Shown here piece by piece: positions 39,740 to 52,000 of a stretch of DNA of 64,000 nucleotides. The translations under genes were made by a program, and so were the position numbers. Each line of letters opens with the position of its first letter. Position 1 is the first letter of the stretch. The notes under the pieces are model-generated. The model saw only the letters and a program-made list of their open reading frames with translations. It made no database searches and was not told the origin of the DNA. Source of the DNA: Camelus ferus (lineage: Eukaryota); NCBI RefSeq assembly GCF_009834535.1, contig NC_045696.1, positions 26,414,001-26,478,000 of the forward strand, written 5' to 3'.

Positions 39740-39900
39740 GGGTTGAATCTAGCCAAACTGTACACTGAGACTATCTGAGGGGCTCTTAAAATACACCCTG
39801 GAGGTTCTGATTTAATTGTTCTTGGGTGAAAACCAGTCATGGGTATTTTTAAAGCTCCACGGGTGAGTTGAACGTGCAGTCAACTTTGAGAAGCTACGAC
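39740..39900. mobile_element. MER5-like hAT MITE
   Basis: ttctgatttaattg...tttttaaagctcc...tttgagaagctac. Confidence 0.6.
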
Positions 39901-41749
39901 CTCTCCTCAGCACTCATCTCAGTCCCTGAGACTTACCATTGTAGGATGGAATGAGGCTTAGTGGGAAAAGAAGTGTATGTTCTTTACTGGTTTGGGAGTA
40001 GGTCTTTATCTGGAAGACTGGTCATTTTATAATACTAAGAAGACTGTTAAAGTCAAAAATAACTTGGTCCAAGAGCCTTCAGGTTCACTTTATCTTTTCT
40101 GCTTACTTTGTTTTCATTGAGAAGGGTTTCTATGGAGTAGGAGGGTAAGGGTACAATCAAGATTTTGATTCTCTTTAAGTGGATGTCCTGTGGTGAGCAA
40201 AAATGCTTACCACTGCCTTTCTGCCTCAGATGATCTGAACATTAGTTGGGCACTTAAGGCTGTCTATAGTGTTGATCTCGTTCCCTGTAAATAAAAAAGA
40301 CTACTCTCGCTGATATGCTAGTTACAAATCTCAGCATTAGTACTTTTGTGTAATTTTCCTACTATGACTGTCAAGGAAAGAGGGGGGAAAAATCCAGGTA
40401 CCATATGTTTTTTTGTGGCTTTTCTGAAATGTTTGAAGATGATATCCAGAATACGTGAAAGCTATAAAATATAAATCAACAAGATAGAGAGTCCTTTTCT
40501 TTCTTCCTAAAACTTCCCTTGAAAAATTTTTCAGAATGTCTGGTTAAAGCAGGCTACCTCCTAGTTGAAAGCATGACCAATATTATTACTTATCTTTCTA
40601 AAATGCAAACAGGTTCCTAGCATTTCAGATTTACCAGCATTCCAAAAAAGGTTAGGGATTATATGTTATTAAAGGATTATGCGTTATTATATGTTATTAT
40701 GTAGATACATTTTGGAAGTAGTGATCTTGCAGAGGAAATTTTGGCTCACAAGTCTTCCCAAGTGTTTAACCCAAAGATATTTTAGTTATGATACAAGGAT
40801 ATTTATTTTGGATGCATTCTATGGATTATCCTGAAGAATATTGCTATTTCACAGCAAATGTATGTGTCATAGCATTGATATGGTATGAATCTATGCATCA
40901 GTAATAAATTTATAGTATTTATATGTAAAATCAAACTGTTCTTTTAGGGAAGGTTGCTGTCTAGTCGCACTTAATGAATAGACATTTCACACTAAAAGTT
41001 TTGCATTATAGATTTTACAGTTGTATTTCATGAGTGTATTAATCAGGGTAATTATTGTTAGCTGCTATACCAAACAGCTTCTATCCCTCAGTGGCTTAGC
41101 ACAGTCAGAGTCTGTTCCTCAAGGACACAAAGATTTATAAAGGTCAGGGGGCTGTCCTCTAAGTGGTAGTATAAAAATGTATGCTTCTTAAATATTGGAC
41201 ACCATTATTTTCAACATGGAACCTTTTTTAGTTTCTGAGTGAGAGAAAGAGAGAACATAGGTGATTATTTGGAAGCTCTGTGGCCTGGCCTATAAGTGGC
41301 ACCTGTCACTTCTGTTTCATTGGCAAGAACTCAGTCACATGGCTTCAGACTAACTACTGGAATGGGAAAGTAATCTTTCCTGGTGTCCAAAAAGAGGAAC
41401 TGGTAATGGTGGGAAATGTCGGTTTCTGTCTCAAAGATCACGCAAACACCCACACACATATTAAGAAGTGTTCTTCTCCCTTGAATAAAGCTTCATCTAA
41501 GCAGGCCTTGTTCAGTCCAAACTGTCTATTTTTTTTTGTGTAAAGCCTGAGGGTATGCTTGAAAGCCAATACATCGACCAGTACTGAACAAAGGAGGCAG
41601 CTAAAGTAGTTCTCTATCTGTCAACCTTTTTTCCCTGGGTCATCTCCTTCCAGCCTGTTCTCCCCTCATTCCTACTGTCTGATCTGAGAAGTAGTGCTTG
41701 CCCAGATCTGCCACAATCCACCTTTGACTTTGAGCAAATTTCTTTATTT

Positions 41750-42740
41750 ATGAATCTATTCATTCAAATATTTATTAAGCACATACCAAATTATAGGCCA
41801 TGAGAACCATACAGACAAAACTGGAGCTTAAACTCCAGAAAGAGAAGTTTATAAGTGAAAAATAAAAATAAGTATGATGAAGATAAGTGGGAAAAAATAG
41901 AGGGAAAAAATCATAGAGAGGAAGTTGAGAGGTACAAATGTGAGAGGAGATATTTTTAAAGTAGAGTGTTCAGGAAAGGCTTACCAAGATGACATTTGAG
42001 AAAAAACTGGAAAGTTACAAGGGAAAGAACAATGCTGCTATCTGAGGAAAAGTCATTCCAGGAAATGAGAACAGTGAGTGGAGTCCTGAAATGTTTCATT
42101 GAAAGGAAGAGGAGTGTGACTGAAGCAGAGGGAACAACAAAAACAATATGAAGTCAGGTGAGGCGGTGAGGGCCAGTGTTCTGTAGGACCTTTAAGCTTC
42201 TGCAAGGACATGGCTCTTTACTGTGAATGGGAAACCACTGAAGGTGTGTGCCTGCCTGTGTGTGTGTGTGCACATGTTTAGGGCAGAGGAACAATAGGAT
42301 TTTCCTTATGTTTTTTATAAAAAAGAAGTCATTCTAGCTGTCATGCTGAGATAGACTGTGCTTCTCTGTGGAATTATGGAAACCACACAGGAAATTGTAG
42401 GAGTAATATCAGGCATAGGCACTAGAGAATCAGTGGAAGCAATGAGAACGGTTGAATTCTGGGCATAGTTTGAAGGCAGAGCCCACATGATTTGTTAGTG
42501 ACATTAATAAAGGCTCTAAAGCAAGGAAGCCAAAGATTACTCCCAAGTTCTGGCCAACTTGTAGTAACTGAGATGAGGAACACCAGAGAGGAAGCATATT
42601 TGGTTGAGGAAGGTCTAGAGCTCGGTTCTGATGTGTGAACTTTCAATTGCTTTCTAGACATCAAAGCTGAACTCTCCAGTATGAATTTAGTTAGCTGAGT
42701 CTGGAGTTCACGGAAGCAGAGATCCAGGCTGGAGATACTT
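41750..42740. mobile_element. LINE-2 fragment
   Basis: cattcaaatatttattaagcac (L2 3' end), gatgacatttgag, gggaaaccactgaagg, gtctggagttca. Confidence 0.7.
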
Positions 42741-44904
42741 GATTTCTTTGTGCCTTCTTTTTCCTATCTAAAAAAAGGGCATAAAAATGGCATATATATC
42801 ATTGGACTGTTGTGTGCCTGACAAAAGCAAATCCTCAGTAGGCCAGTAAGAGACTCTTTAGCGAATTGATTTAGTTGAAATGAATCAACAGAGAAATGAA
42901 TAATAAATTTAATTTAAGTAAACATATTTGATTACATACTTTTATTTTTTTCCACAGCCATTCTTAATCTCATCTTTTTTTCCAATTTGTTTATTTCAAT
43001 GTGCGTGCAATGTTCTTTCTTCTTAGAATATACAAACTCCAAGGATATTACTTAATTATGTAGCCATGTAATTTCAGGTTAAATTAAATAGTCATCAGAA
43101 TTTTAGCTAGCATAAGCAGATGCCATTTGGGCCATTTTAAAAATTAAGCTGCTCTGATGGAGAATAAAAATCAATGACAAGATATGTTGTTTTGGAAGCA
43201 AATATAATCATTTTTCCCTCCTGGCAGTCTTAAGTCCAATAACTCAAATGAAATAATTAATTTGCATTTATAATAATACATACTGAAGGAAGTCACTATT
43301 GAATATAAAGGAAACACCAAACTCATTGGTGGATTATTCAAGCAACAGATCTCTCAATATTGGATTAGCTTTTCATTTTGGGAGAAGTGTTTCAGTTGCA
43401 ACTTTATTCTCCCAGATAGAGATCTTGTTCCCTTCAGTGATTAGTAATTCATAATCTAACAAGAGGACATACATGAGAACTGGGAATGCTGGGAAATGCT
43501 GAGCAGATGCTCAGGAGGTTTTCATTGTCAGTTCAGTGGAGGACCATGTCAATTTGCTCATAAAAGAGAGTACGAAGCTTCTTAAGAAAGTCTTTAAAAG
43601 GAGCTACTTAGCATTCCTTACAGAAACTATCTTTTGTACACAGGAATTTGTGCTTTTCCCTTTTAAATTTCACAAACAATATTATGAGAAACAAATGTGC
43701 CATTGCTAAGCTGGTATGGGAAATAATTACCTATGTTGTATATAGTATCCTATCTTAGTGATAAAAATAAGTATATTATACATGATATTTGATCTTTGTG
43801 AGCAAATAATGTAATTGCTGATACTTTAAGGATCAAGAGCATGCCAAAAAAAAAAAAAATGAGAAGAAAATAATCCAAAAGAATGTTAGAATGTTTAGAA
43901 AATTTCAAAATCAACAAAGTAATTTCAGGACTAGTATAATAGTATAAATTGTACAACAGAACTAGTATAATACTTAAGGAAATATGAAAGAAGGGACTGT
44001 GATTTCACAATTGAAGACATTCAAAATGTAAAAGGGTCATGTTCTGAAGAGCTAATAGAAGGAAAATGAGAAATTGGCTGAGTATTGGAACTTTTAATTT
44101 TTTCATACCTGATACATAATGTAAAGAGCTTTTATGAAAAATTATCTATCCCACTGCATCTCGAATGTTCATGATGCATTGTCTACTCCAGCACCAGGAA
44201 GCATATTCTATCTAAACTCTGAACGTTGGTTATTGCTTATTAAAATTAATACCCTGGAAGATTATAATATATTAGTTGTAACTCATTAGCTAACTCATGA
44301 AACGAACAGCCAGAATTGGTTGTCAGGCAGAATGTTAATTGCATTTAATAAATGTTAGCTCAACCCTTTGACTATTGCTAAATGTGCCACATACTTGGGC
44401 AAGGGCAGTCGCATGCTGCGGCATATGATATGGCATACGATTCTTAATTTCCCGAGGGCAACATTTCCTATGGAGATTGGCAGGGCAGCTTTCATCCTCT
44501 CAGGGCCTTTTATTAACACAGCGGCTAGAATTTTGAGTCATTTTGTGTCATGGTATTTCTACTTTGGCAAGGTGGCAGTGGACAATGGATTAAAGATGGA
44601 GAAACCATGAACTTCCCTTCACACCTGGAACATTAGCTTCAATGTGCAATTGAAAACACTTTCCATGCATAAGAGTTGGATAAAACCAGTAGATTTTATT
44701 TCAAAGACACTGTGATCAAAAGATAGCAAAGAGATCAGTGATGTGCATTGTGGATATAAATAACTGACCTTCCCCACCTCCCGCCCAAATTTATTTTGCA
44801 TGGGTGATACCTTTAGGAGGGCAAGAGTTTTTCTTCATCTTGAATTAAAACCTGTATTTTTCATTACATCTTAGTCCATTCTAAACATTATTCAAAATTT
44901 TTAG

Positions 44905-45177
44905 ATCTTCCACCACCACCAGATCCCCCTCCAGGTCAGGGTTTAAGGCAGCAAATAGGCCCGAGCCAGCATGCTGGTAACGTGGAAAACTCAACAGAGA
45001 GAAAAGGAAGCTCTCTGGAGAGACAACAAGCATCCAACTTAGAAGACACAAAGAGCTCACTGGATTGTCCAGCTAAAACGTCCCTAGAGTGGCAGCGACA
45101 AACCCAGGAATGGATAAACTGCACAGAACGCCAGGAAGACACACGGAAAGCCCTCCACAAACAAGGTGTTGGACCAG
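44905..45177 (+). CDS. ROBO2: ROBO2 alternative cassette exon (273 nt, 91 aa, phase 1/1) starting with the CC3-type motif DLPPPPDPPP
   Basis: aatttttag|ATCTTCCA ... GGACCAG|gtgtgt; open frame shared with ORF 44982..45260; matches the longer rodent Robo2 tail as I recall it. Confidence 0.9.
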
Positions 45178-45881
45178 GTGTGTTCTGCACAGTCCCAAGA
45201 ATGTGTGGACTTTTACCATTTTTTTTTCTACCAGGTATTTTAGAAGTGCCGCTTGCTTAAGGGCGCCTGAAATGCATCTGCCTGGAATGACTCATTGAGG
45301 TCAGAATTCCGCCTCAGAGCTCCCGGCACATCCCTTAAGGCAGAATCCAGTGGGGGCTGTCCCTCGAGCTAACCTCTGCATGGGGTCTTTGAGCCCAGGA
45401 GACCTCCAGGCTTCATCTGTGGTGCTCAGGAGGCCATTTGATTTTTCTTTTTTGCCTTTTAATGTTTATACTGAGTACTTTTAAGACCATTAAATTGCAT
45501 CTTTAGTATCAGTTGAATCTCTGCCTTCAACCAATTTAGTCATTGTTGACTGAAGTAACTAGTCATTTTGAGAGAACTCACTTCAGTCAAATGGCTAAAT
45601 TAACGGGAATAAAGTTGCAAGTAAGTACGCAATCACAGAATGCTCACGTTAAAAAAGGTTAAACTGGGCCTGCACTTGCTCCAACTGGTTAAATTTAGTT
45701 GATTGTTAACACTTCAATGGGAAATGTTTTTGTTTATAAATCAAGCTTTCTGGAAACGTCACAAAATCAATTTCATGGCTTGTGGTTGGATTTTTTTGTA
45801 GGGGGGATGTTGAGCTGGTTATAGGAATGTATTTTCTGGAACATCTCTTCTTATGTTAGGATTCACTGCATATTAAAACAT

Positions 45882-45883
45882 AC

Positions 45884-45926
<43 letters not shown>

Positions 45927-45935
45927 TACACACAT
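45882..45935. repeat. (CA)n microsatellite
   Basis: Direct reading. Confidence 0.9.
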
Positions 45936-46995
45936 AAAAAAAGAAAATTGGAAGAGTTTTCTTACCCATTATTTATTCACTTGGGCTCAGTCTTTTCAGA
46001 TATGTCCTCTACTCATGCATTCTCAATAATTATATTTCATCACAACTTGTTTATTAAGGTTTTAGAAAATATTACTAGGAAAGGGCTGAAAGATGATAAT
46101 ATTAGTATCCAGATATAGTGAAACATTTAGGAAGCTTACATCATTAAGGCTGCAAGAGAAAAATCATGAGATTTTTGTCCTTAAAGACTATCTAAGAAGA
46201 GAAATACTAAATTCAGTTAGCATTTTTTCAGTCATCTAATCACAGTAATAATAACCTGTACCTAGAAAAAAAAAAAAAAAGCAGAATAGTGTGGAGAGGG
46301 AGAGAAGGGAAAAAAGAAAGAAGGAAAGAAAAAGCAAGCAAAAACAAAAAGAAAGAAAGAAAAAAATTAATTCCAAGTATTAAGTAATGCACATCGTGAA
46401 TTGTTTGTAGAGAGATGGTTCATAAAAAGAATATTGACACTATAAAAATGAGTGAGTTTTTCTTTTAAGGAAATACACAGCCTTTCAAATAATATATTTC
46501 TATTCCAAGAAACAATAGAAATTTAAGAAGCTTATATTATTAACTAATATATAGTTCTTTACACTGATTGAGAAAATGTTGCCATAATTTAAACAAAAAA
46601 CCATTTTCTTTCCATCTTAATGGAAAAATTAAATTGCAGCCTCATTGAACTCCAGAAATTATTCTCAAAAGTGCTTTTGTTAAACAACAGGGTTGATTCA
46701 TTGTATGCAGATCTCTTTTATAATGAATTTAAATCTTGCATAGGATATATAGTATCATATACTCGTCCCAAGATCTCTTTTAATTTAATCATGCTTCAGT
46801 TCCTCTCGTAGGAAATGTTGCTTGCACATGGAAATTCCTTTAATATCCAGGCCTTATTAAGCATCTTATTTTTAATTTTACTAAAGAGTGAGATAATAAA
46901 ATTGCCCGCCTTGAGCTTAATATTTAGATTTAGAGTTAAGTTTGTTTTGCTTCCCTGTTGCTGTTCAACTCAGCCCTTTGTGTTTCTTTTCTCAG

Positions 46996-47196
46996 AGGAG
47001 ACCTTGGTGCCCTACAGCAAGCCCAGTTTCCCATCTCCAGGGGGTCACAGCTCATCAGGAACGGCTTCTTCTAAGGGATCCACTGGCCCCAGGAAAGCCG
47101 AGCCCTTGAGGGGAAGCCACCAGCGCAATGCCAGCGACCTTCTTGACATAGGATATATGGGTTCAAATAGTCAAGGACAGTTTACAGGTGAATTAT
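46996..47196 (+). CDS. ROBO2: ROBO2 penultimate exon: EETLVPYSKPSFPSP...GYMGSNSQGQFT(GEL); alternative donors after 47187 and 47196
   Basis: ttctcag|AGGAGACC; donors TACAG|gtgaat and ATTAT|gtaagt. Confidence 0.96.
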
Positions 47197-47256
47197 GTAA
47201 GTGCTTTAGGATGTTTAACAGGCTAATGTCATTCAGAAAGAATACTGGGTTAATAA

Positions 47257-47798
47257 CGTAAGGGAGGAAAAAGTTTTCCTCCACCCTCTTACTATTTCTG
47301 ACTGGGTCTGAAAACCAAACTGACAAAGACAGATTAGCAGGGAAAAAGCATACAAAGTGTGCTGAATTTTAACATATACATGGAAGCCTTCGCAAGAGAA
47401 TGAAGACTCAAGGAAGTGACTGGGGCAGGAAGTTTTTCTATCCTTTTAGACAAAGAAGCAGTAAATGTGTAAAGATTTTATAAGACAAAGGGGTTTGAGC
47501 TATGGGTAGTAAATGGTGAAGTAACTAAGAAGATAAGGGTTAGTTTAAGGAGGTTTGTGTGTACAGATTTCTCAGCCGCAAAATCCCCATATCTGGTGAC
47601 AAGAATGTCTTGCCTCCTTAGATACAGGGAGGGTACCTGTCACATAGGAGTTTTATGGCCTGTTTCAGGGAAGAAGGATGAGGTGGGGGAGGTCAGGGTG
47701 ACCTTTCTGCTTCTGCTGTTTTTTCAGACTCTCCCACCTTAAGAGATTCAATATGCCAAGGTACTGTATTTTGGGGTGGCTTGTCCTGAACCCCATCA
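47257..47798 (-). mobile_element. Solo ERV1-class LTR (MER34/MER39-like)
   Basis: Minus strand begins TGATGGGGTTCAGGACAAGCCACCCCAAAATA; 4-bp TSD ATAA at 47253-47256 and 47799-47802. Confidence 0.8.
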
Positions 47799-48997
47799 AT
47801 AACATTGCCACAATAAACACATTTCAGAATTGTGGAAAGCTTGCTTTACTATGAGAAAAAAATAAATTATGATTTTGAGCAGGTTTGGTCATAACAGAGA
47901 CCATTGCCATTTACATCAATCAGATAAATATTTCTTCTGTTTCAAGTTTGAAATATTCAATATAAAAATTGCATAATTTAGGCAATTAATTTAGGAAATT
48001 AATCTTAATATAAGTTAATTAAACATAGTTCACTCTGTAGTTTTCTTTGCCTTTTTAACTGAGCAAAGTAAAGAAATGCAGGCCCCTTGGTAGTTTGAAG
48101 AACCTCCTTAGGAATTCCTCATTCCCTCTTGCCCTTCATTTATTTATTGTTTTAAATTTAGACAGTCAACCTTAAAAAGTTAATCTTTAATTGCAGTTAA
48201 TTTGTAATACTTTGATTATAAAAACATATAAATACATTTCTCTTTTCGAACAGAAAACTGGCATTGCTATGTGGTATAACTAATCTGCTTTCCAAATATC
48301 AAATACTAGATAATAGAGAAAGGTAGGATCACACAGTATGTCACACACAGTAAAATGTGTTGAACTCTTTGTGTTAATTTCATCATGAACGTTTGCAACT
48401 TCACTATCCAATGGCAGAATTATACTTGCTGAATATTTTCAACGGCTCCTTTGAATTCGGTTTATCTGAAGGAATAAACTTAAGTTCTAATCTTCTCAAC
48501 CTTTACTGGTTATGTGAAATGAGAAAGTAAACTACCTTCCTAATCTATTTCCTTATCTAAAAAAATTGTGTAATTTACGCTCACATCTCACACTAGGAGA
48601 TGCCATGAGATAATGAAAAGTAAAAGTGCTTTCAAAACTAAATTCCTTTATTAATGGCAGTTATCATGATTGTTGTCTATTACTAATCCAATTGAATTAA
48701 GATACATTTATAATTTTTAATTTGATTCAGGACCCCTCAGATTTTTTTTTAACTGTTGGAGGAGTTACAGTCTCGTAAGAAGCACAAAAATAGTCTACTT
48801 GTATTCTAAATCTCTAAATTTTACAATGTTTCTTCTTCTTTCCCTTTCCATAAGTAAAATTTCTTAAATTCGCAACCTCACACAATCCAAGAGGTGACCT
48901 TCTTTTGGTATCTGTTTGCTTTGCTTTTTGTTACGCTGATCAGGATAAAGAATACTTAATGCAAACTTATTTCTGATTTTTTTTCATCTCTTTATAG

Positions 48998-49002
48998 AGT
49001 AA
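48998..49002 (+). CDS. ROBO2: Coding start of the ROBO2 last exon (completes T|AG stop, or G|AG TAA = Glu then stop)
   Basis: Strong acceptor ttttttttcatctctttatag|AGTAACTG. Confidence 0.9.
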
Positions 49003-52000
49003 CTGAGAGGAGACGTGCAAAGCTGCTCTGAAGGACCATCAGGTCTGAACTCATGGAAGTGATGACACGAACAGTGCAATGAACAATTTCTTTATTTATG
49101 TACTATTAAAAGAACTGTAAATGCAATGTAAAGACACACAGCCACACACACCCCACAGATATTTTACTTGTGTTCTCTTAAGTACACCACCCACCTTAAC
49201 TCTTTCTTGTCAGGAGTATATAAAAAAAGAAAGAAAACAAAGCTCGCCCTCCAGGAAGAAAAGGATTTTCCTCTGTATATAATTTCTTTTGTGCATTGCT
49301 ATGCAAGCTCACTCTTTTTAGCTCTGTTCATATTATTGTCTGTTCTTATTGGTCTGTTGTACTATATGTGAATTAATAGGCTGTGGTGCCATATATTAAC
49401 TTTTAATTGTGTAACTTTTATGTTTAAATTTTGCACTGCAATTTTATTTGGTGATAAGCACAAATCTCTACTCCTCGTGACATGAAGAAAAAGACTGAAT
49501 GTGAAGGGAGTTTCCGTACTGTAAGCTAGGTTGGAGAATGCTGGTTGTAACCAATCACATTAGAGAGTTTTCAGTTGGGGTGTAGAAATAGGAAGATACA
49601 AAGGAACAGTGGCGTTGGCGAAGTCTTCTTTGAACATCAAGAACTGAGTCAATAAAAAAAAAGCAAAAAGGTGGCTTTTACTATTGACAGAAGCAGGAGT
49701 CAAAAGAAGGAAGTTGAAGTCTTAAGACTGAAGAGGCATTAAGATACACAGGTAGCAAAGATGTACTAAACTTGCTAAAAATAAAAAAAGGAAATTAAAG
49801 TTATATTTAGAATCAACTTTGCCTGTCATTGTAATTGACCCATCTGATAATTACAACAAGCAAATGGAAATTAAGGTGTTTTCACAAGAGCTGTATCTAT
49901 ATTACAGTTTTTTTAAAAAGCATTTTCTGAATTACCATAACTAATCTCTCCAGCTCATTAAGTCAGGATATAATATAAAGTTCCCCAAATGAACTCTGGA
50001 ATATCTAGCAAATAGTTAAAGGGGCAATTTATTATTAGGACATACTCGGGCTGCTTGCAAATGCAAAAACTCTATTGCAATATCTTCTTTCATCTTCTAT
50101 TAAATGTACAGTAACACACTAGAGGACAGAGCTGCATCACTGAAATTCACGACTTTTTAAATACAATGCAGTTGATATACAATTTTGTGTTTTATTTGAT
50201 TAAAAAGTGAAGTTCATGCCACCAAATGTATAGCCAAATTGTTAAGTGCTTAAAAAGCAGTGCTCAGAGTATGTTCAGTTCACAGTAAGTAGATTTATTG
50301 GATTAAGTATTTTATGGTACATCCTCAGAAATTGGCTACCAACTAAAATATGTTTGACCCATTTTGAATGAGTAAATCGAAAAGAAAAATTTTAAAGGAG
50401 AAAAATGCATGTTTATACACTTTTTAAATAAAACCAAACCTCGTAAGTGGACATTAATAACAGTGTCCTGCCTCATTTGTTTTCACGACTTTGAGAACAA
50501 GAAGTTCCCAAACATCAGTCATGTATCGTCCAAATGGCTGTGACTTTGAAACAGATGTTGGCTACTGTACATGTAGTCAGTCAGTCAAGCAGAAGGCAGT
50601 TTTCCTGAAATGCCCACGTGTGACATGTTTCCATGTGCTGCCTATACCGTTGTAAATTCTATTTCTAGTTATACTTCCTCATGTTTTTCCTGTGATGTGT
50701 TCAGTAGTTGGTACTCTGGAGAATATTCAATGTAATGACTAGGATCAATTCCAAAATATGGGACGAGTTTGAATGACCATTCAAACTCTGTGCATTATTG
50801 GCTCAGCCGCCAATTGTGGGTCATTCTGTTCAAGCAAAGAGAGGGCATAATCAAATGTTTCCATCTTTTTTATTCCCTGAGACTGCATCAGCACAGGCGA
50901 GAGTAGAGGGACATACTGGTCTTTATGGGCCCCAGAGTCTTGGTCCCATGGAGTTCATTTGTTCACAGAAGAGAAGGAATTCTGAGACACACTTATCAAA
51001 CCCTTTATCAACTTTCTACCATCAGTGTCTGAATTTTAATGCAGTTGGATTTCTCTGGGACAAAGAGACTGGGAAGATGAGAAGTTTCTGTGAAGAATGA
51101 ATACATACTTATTCACAACTGTAGGATGTGAGGAATTTAATTTTTCATTTATGCAATTCCCTACTTCACCTCTTTCTTTTAAAAGCAAACAAAGTTTTGC
51201 TCATTTTTGTTCCCTCTTTAAAACCCAATTCTGCCTAAAACTTTTAATTCATTACACATATTACACATAAACTTTTACCCCTGGTAACTGGCACGTATAT
51301 GTGACTAATAAACCAAGACTTCAGAAACAGAGTATATGGATGAGGTGACTTCTGGAGTAATGCAGGGCATAACATCATTCCTTCTTGATTGTCTTCAGTG
51401 CATAAAAAATTAACTGTTTTGGTTAGATTATGTCAGGCTTTATGGTTCCTTGGAATGTTGTTTTAGAATAGTTCACATTTCTTGTTAAATCTCATTTTAA
51501 AGAAATTGGTCAGTGTAATCTCACACCCCAAATAGCCTCCTCACATAGATGTAAAGCAAGATAAAATGCTGTGGCCATCCAAATGAATTCAGGAACACTA
51601 TCAAAAATCAAAAGCCTTTGTCAACTTGCTGTATGTTAAAAAAACTTCTAATAAGTCAGAATGTCATGAGAACTACCATGATTTTATTCATTTCAAAGCC
51701 AATTAAATGAATGTGATTGGAAATTCACAGTTCTTAACAGAGGCCTGCAGAAGCTGTCAGAAAGAAGTTTGGGTAGGAGAAATTGTACTCTCATCTCGCA
51801 CTCACAGGCAAAACCGCTGTGGGGTCACACCCTGCACAAGCACAGCTCCGTTCTCAACACGCAAGGTCTGCACTGGGGAAATGGGTGAATCACTGCCCCA
51901 ACTCAGGTACGCCTCTGTGTACACAGGCAGAGTCACTGCGCCCCATCTCCAAATCTTGTCTATGCCATATTTCAGTTAAGGAGGGATAGTACCGGGGGCA

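Noticed and set aside
47185..47196. -TGEL as a class I PDZ-binding motif
   Set aside because: Class I needs Ser/Thr at position -2, and here that residue is Gly.
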